Source of the DNA: Armatimonadota bacterium
GTDB taxonomy: Bacteria > Armatimonadota > Fimbriimonadia > Fimbriimonadales > Fimbriimonadaceae
Direction of reading: 5' to 3'
Length of the DNA stretch: 64,000 nucleotides
Assembly: GCA_031400935.1 (NCBI GenBank)
Contig: JANNQV010000065.1
Coordinates: 62,001-126,000, forward strand
Shown one piece after another: positions 55,674-64,000 of the stretch. The translations under genes were made by a program, and so were the position numbers. The notes under the pieces were generated by a model that saw only the letters and a program-made list of their open reading frames with translations, had not been told where the DNA came from and ran no database searches. Each line of letters begins with the position of its first letter. The first letter of the stretch is position 1.

Positions 55674-56779
55674 AAAATTGAATCGAGTTCTTGGATGACC
55701 AACTTTGCTGTCTCGGTCAATGCGGTTGGGCTTCCAAGATACTCGTTTAATTCCTGAAACGCCGCAATTTGAGTTGACCGGTATTCGCCATCAATGATTA
55801 GCTGGTCAAGCGACTCTCGGATTCGTTCAGGAGTTGCAAGGTCTTGCAGGAGTTCCCGAACGATAGGCCGCCCCATCAGTATGTTGGGCTGGCTGATAAA
55901 ATCGGGCACGACACGAATGATATACGACTCGAATTCAATTAGCTTCGAAACTCGGTAAACAACAACGAATGGACAACCACATAACGCTGCTTCTAAAGTA
56001 GCAGTTCCGCTACAAATGACTCCAGCGCGAGCCCGTCTAAGAACGCCGTACGTATCGTTCGCAATGAATCGGTCAGTTACGCGGTGTGGGCACAACTTCA
56101 GCCACCTAGATCGCATTTCTTCCTCAGAGAATGACGGAGCGACTGCGAATTCAAAAATTCGTTCATTGTCCCCAATCGCTTTAGCAATCGCAGGCAATAA
56201 TTGCACGATTTCAGCCCGACGGCTGCCAGGCAGTATCGCAATCGTCTCTCCTCGCCCAATGTCGCCTGCCGTTTCAGAAATCAGTTGCTTTATCGGGTGA
56301 CCGAACCAATAGGCATCTGCACCCATCTTTTTGAGAATTTCTGCCGACCAAGGAAAAGGAGTTACGATCTTGTCAGTGAGGCGAGGCAAGTCTTTGCCTT
56401 GGCGGTCACGCCGCCAAGAGCCTGGCGGGTTCACATAAAGCACTTTCCAACCAGCGGCACGCCCCGCCTTAGCAATTCTCAAATTGACAACGCCGCAGTC
56501 AATCAAGATCAAGAGCCCTGGGTTGCCCAATTTTAGGTGATTGCAGGCATGCAGATAGCCACGTAGGCCGCTAAAAAACTGGCGAAAGACCTCGATCCAA
56601 CCGATGGCACCCCAAGAAGAAGAATCAAAGATGATCTTTGCGCCTGCTTCACGCAATTTCGCAGCACCAATCCCCTCAAACTCAATGTCTCGACCTTCTG
56701 CTAACGCGCGAACATGGGAAACGATCTCTGACGCGATGACGTCACCGCTGGGCTCGCCCGCAGACAAAAACACCCTCAC
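55652..56779 (-). CDS. lpxB: Lipid-A-disaccharide synthase
   Basis: SAGEPSGD, GHP, LPGSRRAE, SGTATLE, PNIL. Confidence 0.92.
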   Translation of the reverse strand: MRVFLSAGEPSGDVIASEIVSHVRALAEGRDIEFEGIGAAKLREAGAKIIFDSSSWGAIGWIEVFRQFFSGLRGYLHACNHLKLGNPGLLILIDCGVVNLRIAKAGRAAGWKVLYVNPPGSWRRDRQGKDLPRLTDKIVTPFPWSAEILKKMGADAYWFGHPIKQLISETAGDIGRGETIAILPGSRRAEIVQLLPAIAKAIGDNERIFEFAVAPSFSEEEMRSRWLKLCPHRVTDRFIANDTYGVLRRARAGVICSGTATLEAALCGCPFVVVYRVSKLIEFESYIIRVVPDFISQPNILMGRPIVRELLQDLATPERIRESLDQLIIDGEYRSTQIAAFQELNEYLGSPTALTETAKLVIQELDSIFQKDEPV

Positions 56780-57564
56780 GGTTGATCGCCGCGGCCGTTC
56801 TTTCCCTTAAACAGTCGCTCCATAAACTGAACTAGGTAATCAACTTCAGCACTGTTATCAACTTGCTCTTTGACCAAATTCAGTGCATTTGTCAAGCCTA
56901 ACGAGGACTTAAAGATCAATTTGCATGCCTTGTGAACTGCAAGTCTTGATTCCGCCGTAACACCCATCCGACGAAGGCCTACAGCATTGATGTCATGGAC
57001 TTTGCCCGTTGAAGAATCCATGAGCATGAATGGCGGCATGTCGCGGACGATCTTTCCAAATCCGCCAACCATGGCAATTTTGCCGATTCGGGCAAACTGA
57101 TGCACTCCCACCATCCCGCCGATCGTCGCAAACTCTTCGACCGTAACATGCCCTGAAAGATTGCACGAATTCGCCATGGTAACGTTGTCAAACAGCGTTC
57201 CGTTGTGGCCAACATGGCAAAACGCCATCAAGAAGCAATGGTTGCCGATGACGGTTGACTTCCCTTCGCCAGAGGCACGATGAATCGTTACATATTCGCG
57301 AAAGATATTGTCATCGCCGATTTTCAAAAAAGTCGGTTCGCCCTTATACTTTCTATCTTGCGGGTCGCCGCCAATTACCGAACCTTGCCCAAAGAAATTG
57401 TTCTTGCCGATTGTTGTATTGCCTTTGATCGTTACGTGGGAATCAAGCTTGCATCCTTGACCAATGACTGCGCCAGTTTCTATGTAGCAATAGGGACCTA
57501 CAATCACATCAGGCGCAATATCTGCACCCGTCGCAACATAGCTCAGATCGTGAATCTTAGCCAA
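56776..57564 (-). CDS. lpxA: UDP-N-acetylglucosamine acyltransferase
   Basis: Hexapeptide repeats; PQD.KY.GE, REYVTIHR, HQF.RIG, N.VGLRR. Confidence 0.96.
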   Translation of the reverse strand: MAKIHDLSYVATGADIAPDVIVGPYCYIETGAVIGQGCKLDSHVTIKGNTTIGKNNFFGQGSVIGGDPQDRKYKGEPTFLKIGDDNIFREYVTIHRASGEGKSTVIGNHCFLMAFCHVGHNGTLFDNVTMANSCNLSGHVTVEEFATIGGMVGVHQFARIGKIAMVGGFGKIVRDMPPFMLMDSSTGKVHDINAVGLRRMGVTAESRLAVHKACKLIFKSSLGLTNALNLVKEQVDNSAEVDYLVQFMERLFKGKNGRGDQP

Positions 57565-58003
57565 TTTTCAACTCATCCACTAGTTTGAATGCGCATTCCA
57601 TTGAAGCAACAACTTCGCCATCGACCGAGGCCTCGCCAGAAAATTTGCCAACACCACTTCGGTAGAATATCAAACGACAATCGCTGATCAACTGATCACC
57701 AGGCACAACTGGCTTTCTAAATTTGACATTGTCAAAAGAGCCGATTAGCGGAATTTTGCCCTTGTGAATTGGATCTGATAGGAGCAAGATTGCTCCAGCT
57801 TGAGCGATGGCTTCGATAATCAATACTCCGGGCATCACCGGAATTCCGGGATAATGTCCCAGGAAAAATGACTCGTTGATTGAAACGTTTTTCAGGCCAC
57901 GGCTAGAAACTCCGGGAATCACTTCCAACACGCGATCAACCAGCAACATCGGATACCGATGCGGCAGGTATTCCATTATTTTTTCGATTCGGATTTCACT
58001 CAT
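57557..58003 (-). CDS. fabZ: 3-hydroxyacyl-ACP dehydratase
   Basis: LPHRYPMLLVDR, F.GHYP..PVMPGVL..EA.AQ. Confidence 0.96.
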   Translation of the reverse strand: MSEIRIEKIMEYLPHRYPMLLVDRVLEVIPGVSSRGLKNVSINESFFLGHYPGIPVMPGVLIIEAIAQAGAILLLSDPIHKGKIPLIGSFDNVKFRKPVVPGDQLISDCRLIFYRSGVGKFSGEASVDGEVVASMECAFKLVDELKIG

Positions 58004-58096
58004 GGGTCAACAATTGGACTGAGTTGTACCCGGTTCTCTGCAACGTGGGCTTATGTAGGGTTATAGCAAGTCAAATTGGACCAACTACCCAATGAC

Positions 58097-58864
58097 CTAC
58101 TCAATATCCTCACGAGGCAGATACTCGTGTGTTGAGAACCATAACGAGCTGATCACAAGGCACGCAACAACGCCGACAAGTGTCGCCAACCATGCCATTT
58201 GCGGTGTGAGAGTCGAGACCATCAGCGAATTCATCGCGTCTTGCATCTGGTTGCCTGTCGTTACCGATGGTCGCCTTGAAAGAACTTCCAAATAGTAGCC
58301 AATTGATAGCATTTTGAGATCACCAGGCATATTCCCAAAGATCGTTTCCGCTCCAAATGCGTAAAGCAAATTCACGATCATGGAACGGTTGATCCAAAGC
58401 GATAGCAACACAAAAAATGAAGTGTAAAAAACCGAACCAACGACAATTCCCAAAATGTCGCGGTGGAAATAGTTGTGCCCCAACCCTGAAACACCCATTG
58501 AAGCCACAGCCAATGCCGAACCTGCCATGATCCCAACGATCACGCACATCGTCATCGCCGCAAAGGTGCGTCCGAGAAGTAACTGCCATCTTGGAATGGG
58601 GCGAGTGAGCAGATAAACAATGGTCTTTTGCTCGATTTCGGCACTCACAACAGCCGTGCTGATAATGGCAGACGCTAACGCCAAAACTCGGAACAAGAAC
58701 AGGTCCGCTAGTCGGAGGTAAGTTTTTACGCCGTCTGGCTCCCTTGAAACAATTGCAACGAGTTTGACGATGCCAAATAGGACTCCGACTACAAAAATCC
58801 AAGCAAGCAAGCGTCGAACCCGTAAGAAATCCCTGAGAGCAAATGTATAAAGGAACGTGATCAT
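58097..58864 (-). CDS. ABC-2 type transporter permease
   Basis: E.EQKT..YLLTRPI.R..LLLG; multi-TM; start MITFL with TAATG coupling. Confidence 0.88.
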   Translation of the reverse strand: MITFLYTFALRDFLRVRRLLAWIFVVGVLFGIVKLVAIVSREPDGVKTYLRLADLFLFRVLALASAIISTAVVSAEIEQKTIVYLLTRPIPRWQLLLGRTFAAMTMCVIVGIMAGSALAVASMGVSGLGHNYFHRDILGIVVGSVFYTSFFVLLSLWINRSMIVNLLYAFGAETIFGNMPGDLKMLSIGYYLEVLSRRPSVTTGNQMQDAMNSLMVSTLTPQMAWLATLVGVVACLVISSLWFSTHEYLPREDIE

Positions 58865-59781
58865 TACTCTCCCACCAAATATCGGAAAACCGATTCGAGG
58901 TTGTTGTCCGGGCTCGAAATACCTTCTATCGGAAGCCCATGATCTAGACAAAGCTTAGGAAGCTCTTCGTAAAATTCCGCGGGAGATTTGGTTCGCAATT
59001 CTATTGCATTTCCGCGAGCATCTAAGTGAACGCTCTGAACATAAGGAAGTGCGACCAGCTTTTCAGCAACGTCGCGCGGACGGTCTGTTTGAATCCGAAT
59101 TCGGTGAGGATGCTTGTCAATCAGCTCTCGAATCACTCGCAAATCCCCCGAAGCCAGAAGCCTTCCTCGATGAAGCAAAAGGATGTTTCTGGTCATTTGT
59201 TCGACCTCGAACAAAATATGGCTGCTCACCAAAATGGTCTTTCCTTGTTTGGCAAGGATGTTTAGCAAATCCATGAGCTCGCGCCGGCCAATCGGGTCAA
59301 GTCCGTTCAGCGGCTCGTCTAGCAAGATGATATCCGGCTCGTGCAGCATGGCTTGCGCCAGCTTTATGCGCTGCCTCATGCCTTTGCTATAGCCGAGAAT
59401 GATCTTGTCGCAACGCTCCGCCATGCCGACTTTCACCATCATTTCTTGGGTTCGTGTCTTTGATTCTGCGGCATCGAATCCACTCATTCGAGCCATCGCT
59501 TCGACGAACTGACGCCCTGACAGATGCTCGTAAAAATTGTCAATATCGGGGCAGTAGCCTATCTTTCTGAAAACTTCTGGATTGCAGAACGGCTCAATTC
59601 CGCATACGGTTATGGAGCCAGTGGTAGGCATCATTTGACCTGTTATCAGGCGCATGAGGGTCGTTTTGCCCGCTCCGTTGACGCCAAGAAGTGCTGTGAC
59701 TCCGGGTTCGATCTTGCAAGTTACATCGTTCAAGCCGATGACTTGCCCGTACCAGCGAGATGCGTTCTGAAGTTCGATCAT
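58864..59781 (-). CDS. ABC transporter ATP-binding protein
   Basis: GVNGAGKTT, YSKGMRQR, LLDEP, SSH. Confidence 0.93.
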   Translation of the reverse strand: MIELQNASRWYGQVIGLNDVTCKIEPGVTALLGVNGAGKTTLMRLITGQMMPTTGSITVCGIEPFCNPEVFRKIGYCPDIDNFYEHLSGRQFVEAMARMSGFDAAESKTRTQEMMVKVGMAERCDKIILGYSKGMRQRIKLAQAMLHEPDIILLDEPLNGLDPIGRRELMDLLNILAKQGKTILVSSHILFEVEQMTRNILLLHRGRLLASGDLRVIRELIDKHPHRIRIQTDRPRDVAEKLVALPYVQSVHLDARGNAIELRTKSPAEFYEELPKLCLDHGLPIEGISSPDNNLESVFRYLVGE

Positions 59782-60758
59782 CCGACCACCTCTACGGCTC
59801 GAACTCGCTTCCAAGCAATCAACATGCTAAGCATCGAAACTATGATAATGATTGCGAAAGCGGCTAGAAATGGAGGCGCGGGTACCTGTTCCATCCTGTC
59901 TGGAATCCCAAATGGTGGAGATCCGCTTGTAGCGAGCGTTGACTTTGCCAATCCGATGTTCAATCCGTCAACAGATCCATAAAACAGCTTGCTTACGATT
60001 CCCTTGGCCGTTGCATTTCCGTCGTCCTGAAACGCCATCCAAGCTCCGCTCATCGCTTGAGTAAAGAAGTTTGAAAGGAAATAAACTGCAGCCATCGTTG
60101 CACCAGCAAGTCTGCCCTGATTGAACAGCGACGATATTCCAATAGCCAGGCTCGCGTAGATTGCAGCGTTAGTGACTAACAGAAAAAGTAATTTGAAGAG
60201 CAATAGCTTGTCGCCAGTGAAGAAACCGTAGTCCCGATAGCTGAGAATTCCATAGGCATAAAAGAACAAGCTTGGAATTGACATTCCAATCAACAGAGTC
60301 AAAAAGACTCCCATCCATTTACCAAGGAGGTAATCCTTCTTGTCGCATGGCTTGCTTAAATAGACGAGAAGGGCGTTGGCACGATTGTCGTTGGCAATTG
60401 TCCCAACTCCGACGACCAACGACATGATCAAGAACCACATTTGTCCCATCGAAATGCCATGCACAAATTGATCTTTCCAGATAATCCGATCCATAAGCTG
60501 CTGAAGCGGATTCATGGCAGGCATATTGCTCCCAGTCATCATCGGAGCCGTAGATTGCGACATCCGCTCAGTAAAGAAGAAGATCGCCATCATGATCGCG
60601 AAATAGCTTCCTGCCAAAAACGACATAACCCACAAAATACGCTTTTTCAAGCTGACTCGCAATATCTGCCTTGCGATCACCCACCAAAGCTTGTTGGGCG
60701 ATTCAAGTGCGCCATCGTAATTTCGATAGCTTAGGTCGGCAATTGGGGCTGAGCTCAT
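59778..60758 (-). CDS. ABC-2 type transporter permease
   Basis: IANDNRANALLVYLSKP....YLLGK; multi-TM. Confidence 0.88.
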   Translation of the reverse strand: MSSAPIADLSYRNYDGALESPNKLWWVIARQILRVSLKKRILWVMSFLAGSYFAIMMAIFFFTERMSQSTAPMMTGSNMPAMNPLQQLMDRIIWKDQFVHGISMGQMWFLIMSLVVGVGTIANDNRANALLVYLSKPCDKKDYLLGKWMGVFLTLLIGMSIPSLFFYAYGILSYRDYGFFTGDKLLLFKLLFLLVTNAAIYASLAIGISSLFNQGRLAGATMAAVYFLSNFFTQAMSGAWMAFQDDGNATAKGIVSKLFYGSVDGLNIGLAKSTLATSGSPPFGIPDRMEQVPAPPFLAAFAIIIIVSMLSMLIAWKRVRAVEVVG

Positions 60759-60768
60759 AGATTTTTCC

Positions 60769-61692
60769 TTAGCGAATTGCCTCTAAAAATGCGTCTTCGA
60801 GAGAGCGCTCGGCAACGCTGAATTCTCGAACCTGGGCGCCCGTTTGCCTTGCGGCTTGAAATGCTAATTTGCTGACTTGGTCTGGAGTTCCGGGAGCCTG
60901 AATTCTATAACGGTAGCCCTTGGATTCAAGGAGCGTCGCTCCCAATGTTTCAATCGCGGCTACAAATGCTGGGCTCGCTTCTCGCAACTCAATATCGCAC
61001 GGATGCCCTTCAATTTTCTTCAGGTCTCTGATCAATCCTTCCGTCCTTAGTTTTCCGCCGACAACGACGATCACATGATCGCAAATGCGCTCAATGTCTG
61101 GAAGCAAGTGGCTTGAAACGATGACATTGAGTTCCTTTTCATGGGTTATCGAACGAACCAGTTCGAGCATATCTTCCCGCCCTTGCGGGTCTAGTCCGTT
61201 GGTAGGTTCATCCAGAAGCAAAAGTTTGGGTCCGTGGATCAGTGCTTGCGCCAATTTGATGCGCTGTTTCATTCCCGTCGAATAGGTTTCGACATTTCTA
61301 TACCTCGCTTCACCAAGCCCGCAATATTCGAGGACTTCATGGGCACGGCGAAGGGCTTGTGCGGCGGGCATTCCGGCCAGCTCTCCCGCAAACGCCACGA
61401 ATTGAACTGCGCTCATACCCGGAATGTGACAATCTTGCTCTGGCATTAAGCCAATTTTTTGCCGAATCAAGCGGCCATCCTTTTTGATATCGTGGCCAAA
61501 AACTGTTCCCCCGCCCGCAGCCGCATCAATAAATCCGAGCAAGGTCTTGATGAGAGTCGTCTTACCAGCACCATTCGGCCCTAAAAGCCCAACGCACCCG
61601 TTCGGCACTTCCACCGAGAAATTATCAAGGGCAGTAAAGCGGCCGTATCGAACGGTGAGATTTTGTATGCTTGCGACAGACACAGATGACAC
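60769..61692 (-). CDS. ABC transporter ATP-binding protein
   Basis: GPNGAGKTT, YSTGMKQR, LLDEP, SSH. Confidence 0.93.
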   Translation of the reverse strand: MSSVSVASIQNLTVRYGRFTALDNFSVEVPNGCVGLLGPNGAGKTTLIKTLLGFIDAAAGGGTVFGHDIKKDGRLIRQKIGLMPEQDCHIPGMSAVQFVAFAGELAGMPAAQALRRAHEVLEYCGLGEARYRNVETYSTGMKQRIKLAQALIHGPKLLLLDEPTNGLDPQGREDMLELVRSITHEKELNVIVSSHLLPDIERICDHVIVVVGGKLRTEGLIRDLKKIEGHPCDIELREASPAFVAAIETLGATLLESKGYRYRIQAPGTPDQVSKLAFQAARQTGAQVREFSVAERSLEDAFLEAIR

Positions 61693-61771
61693 TTTACCAA
61701 CCTCCCATCAGGCGGTGTTTCGGTTAGGAACGGTTTTGGCACTGAAATGGTTTCTCGGTGGGACTTTTGAC

Positions 61772-61924
61772 TTTGGAAGTGCGCGGGCTTGACCGCGCTT
61801 TTGAACGGGAAATTGAATGAAGGATAATGGATAAAGGACAAACCTTAATTCGACTTTTTTCATTATCCTTTGTCCCTTTTCCGTAAGTGTGAGAAAAGCG
61901 CGGTCAAGCCCGAGCACTCCCAAA
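61772..61924. repeat. REP-like inverted repeat element (copy 2) with a nested bipartite microsatellite
   Basis: Arms 61772-61802 and 61894-61924 are 29/31 complementary; inner GGATAA.../...TTATCC units. Confidence 0.85.
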
Positions 61925-61962
61925 CAGAACTCCAAAGGGTACAATCGAACCCGAAATCAACC

Positions 61963-62370
61963 ATGGAAACCACACTCGTACTCATCAAACCAGGCGGAGT
62001 CAACCGCAATCTCATCGGCGAAATTTGTCGCCGAATCGAAGCCAGAAACCTGAAAATTGTCGGTCTCAAGCTCATGAATGCGCCTCGCGCAACTGTTGAA
62101 GAGCACTACGCCGAGCATAAGGGAAAGGGCTTTTATGAAGAAGTTGTGGGATACCTTTGCAGCGCGCCTGTTGTCGCGATCGCCGTCCAAGGAACAAATG
62201 CAGTAAGGGCTGTTCGAACCATGATGGGAGCCACAAACCCTCTCGAAGCCGATCCTGGAACCATACGTGGCGATCTTGCTTTGAGCATTGATGACAATCT
62301 GACGCACAGCTCAGCCGATGCTGAGGCTGCCGCTAACGAATTGAAATTGTGGTTTTCTGAAGGGGTTTAG
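61963..62370 (+). CDS. ndk: Nucleoside-diphosphate kinase
   Basis: TLVLIKP, HYAEH, MGATNP..A.PGTIRGD, N.TH.S; start METTL. Confidence 0.95.
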   Translation: METTLVLIKPGGVNRNLIGEICRRIEARNLKIVGLKLMNAPRATVEEHYAEHKGKGFYEEVVGYLCSAPVVAIAVQGTNAVRAVRTMMGATNPLEADPGTIRGDLALSIDDNLTHSSADAEAAANELKLWFSEGV

Positions 62371-62390
62371 TGGGAAGGTGTGAGGGAAAA

Positions 62391-62468
62391 TAGGACAGAT
62401 AAGTCTTATAAGATAAATGGGACTTATTCGTTCTAATTCCTTATGACCCTATGACCCAATTACCCCAA
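62391..62468. repeat. Degenerate short tandem repeats (TAGGAC/GGGAC and TGACCC units)
   Basis: Same unit types as at 25874-25938 and 18857-18905. Confidence 0.55.
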
Positions 62469-62472
62469 GAGC

Positions 62473-63894
62473 CTACTTCTTCCCTTGATCCAAGTTCACC
62501 ATAGTGCCCATCAGAGTCTTTTCAGCCCCAGCGGTGTCGCCTGATTGAATCGCTCGCATAGCAAGAGTAACTTCTTGTGCCTCTTGAGTTCGCCCTTCTT
62601 GCAGCAAAAGCATTTGAGTTTTCTGAAGATCGGCAACGGCTCCCATTACCGTAATCTGCCCAGATTTCAAGCCCATAATCGTCTTTTCGACAACCCTGGA
62701 CGCTGCCTGAATGTCGGCGGCTTGGCGCACCTGCGGATTTACCGGAACCGAGTATTTCGAAGCGTCGGCGGTGAATTCTATCGCCATATCAATGTCAACT
62801 GTTTCTGTTCGTCCAGAAAGACAATTGTCAAAAGTCAATCGTCCAGCAACCACTCGGTAGTGCCCAAGCGGGTGATTTTGGAATTCAACATCTACCACTT
62901 GCTGCATGGTTGCACCACGTTCCATATCGGCTAACGCGATGGAAAACTCGCGATTGTCGGCCCCTTTTGCTTCCCATCCAGTTGACCGAAGTGAAACCCA
63001 ACGTGCCAATTTGACTTCCAAGCGTAGGTTCTGCGCGACCACGGTTGACAATTTCTCCAGTTCAGTTCGAAAAACTTCAGGAATCAAATCAGGACGCGGA
63101 ATAAAGTAGTAATTTCCACCCGTTCGCTTTGCCATTGCCGCCAAAAGCTCTTCGTTGTAATCGGGCCCAAATCCTAAGAACGTAACGGTTATCCCGCGAT
63201 TCTTTATCTCATGGGCATGCTGAACTAATGACTGAAAATCCTTGATGCCCGCAGTCGGGTCGCCGTCGGAAAGCACGATCATTCGCGTTGCTCGATTCGC
63301 GTCTGCCGTTTGTAAAACTTGCGCCATTCCAAGGGCCAGGCCATCGTACAGATTCGTTGTATTGCCTGGCGTCAGCCTTGAAATGCCTTGCTTGATCGGG
63401 TCCTTAGCCGTAACTCGCTGCGGCGGCATTAATACGTCAACTGTTTCTTCAAATGTGACAATGCTCAGCACATCGTTTGGCGAAAGGAGGTCAACCACGT
63501 AGCAGCAAGCCTGCTTTACATATTCGAGCGGAGCGCCCTCCATCGAACCTGATCGGTCAATCACCAGGCACAAATTCAACGGTGTTCTGGTTACTCCGAC
63601 ACCCAATCCTGGAAGTGCTGTTTGTCCAGCAGCTTGAAGTTCGATCAAGAACTGTTCTCTCGCAGGGCCATTTGCCATCGTGGCGTCGCGGCTAGAAATG
63701 ATGGAAGCTGAAAGCGCGGCTTCTGGAGCCATTGGAGCCATCATCGAAGTCTTGTTTGGGTCCATCGCACCCATGGCTCGGGTCTTGTTCGGATCTGTGG
63801 CAACGGGCGATCCAAGCACAGTTCGGTTCGGGTCTATGGTCGGTGCTCCAATAACGGTTTTGTTTGGGTCAACTGGCTGCATAACAATTCTCAA
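62473..63894 (-). CDS. vWA domain protein (YfbK-like) with N-terminal DPN(K/R)T repeats
   Basis: MIDAS motif DRSGSM, TNL, LSDG; four DPN[KR]T motifs; start possibly 63882. Confidence 0.88.
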   Translation of the reverse strand: MRIVMQPVDPNKTVIGAPTIDPNRTVLGSPVATDPNKTRAMGAMDPNKTSMMAPMAPEAALSASIISSRDATMANGPAREQFLIELQAAGQTALPGLGVGVTRTPLNLCLVIDRSGSMEGAPLEYVKQACCYVVDLLSPNDVLSIVTFEETVDVLMPPQRVTAKDPIKQGISRLTPGNTTNLYDGLALGMAQVLQTADANRATRMIVLSDGDPTAGIKDFQSLVQHAHEIKNRGITVTFLGFGPDYNEELLAAMAKRTGGNYYFIPRPDLIPEVFRTELEKLSTVVAQNLRLEVKLARWVSLRSTGWEAKGADNREFSIALADMERGATMQQVVDVEFQNHPLGHYRVVAGRLTFDNCLSGRTETVDIDMAIEFTADASKYSVPVNPQVRQAADIQAASRVVEKTIMGLKSGQITVMGAVADLQKTQMLLLQEGRTQEAQEVTLAMRAIQSGDTAGAEKTLMGTMVNLDQGKK

Positions 63895-64000
63895 AACGAC
63901 TTTTGATTTATTAGTTTATCGGTATTTCGGGCAAATTCATTCGACACGGAACGTCGTTACACCTATTTTGACGAGATCACCTGGTCGAATCGTTGTTGTT

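Overview
Chromosomal segment of a diderm, flagellated bacterium. Gene content and protein style suggest Armatimonadota/Fimbriimonadaceae; this is an inference, not a database result. Most of the window is housekeeping: fliS/fliT-like genes, frameshifted prfB, the membrane arm of complex I (nuoH-J-K-L-M-[URO-D-like]-N), addBA, flagellin, rnpB, a PilB-type ATPase, fabF/acpP, pfkA/pfkB, secG, menaquinone genes, glyQ, polA, cinA, tRNA-Arg(CCT), phosphomannomutase, a DEAD-box helicase, nfo, htpX, rsmI, lexA, fabZ-lpxA-lpxB, an ABC-2 transporter, ndk and a vWA protein. The strongest leads are: (1) an orphan phage terminase + DUF935 portal pair with intact terminase motifs, lying among core genes with no other phage genes, whose promoter shares an 11-bp motif with the lexA promoter (candidate domesticated, SOS-linked GTA-like packaging module); (2) an AddAB pair that appears to have lost both nuclease active sites but kept its Fe-S cysteines; (3) a 1.7-kb AraC/VOC/DUF1801 cassette flanked by 35-bp direct repeats that differ only at synonymous positions; (4) two nucleotidyltransferase toxin-antitoxin-like pairs, one downstream of rnpB and one downstream of tRNA-Arg; (5) a URO-D-like gene coupled inside a nuo operon lacking nuoI; (6) recurrent leaderless-promoter signatures, REP-like palindromes and intergenic microsatellites.
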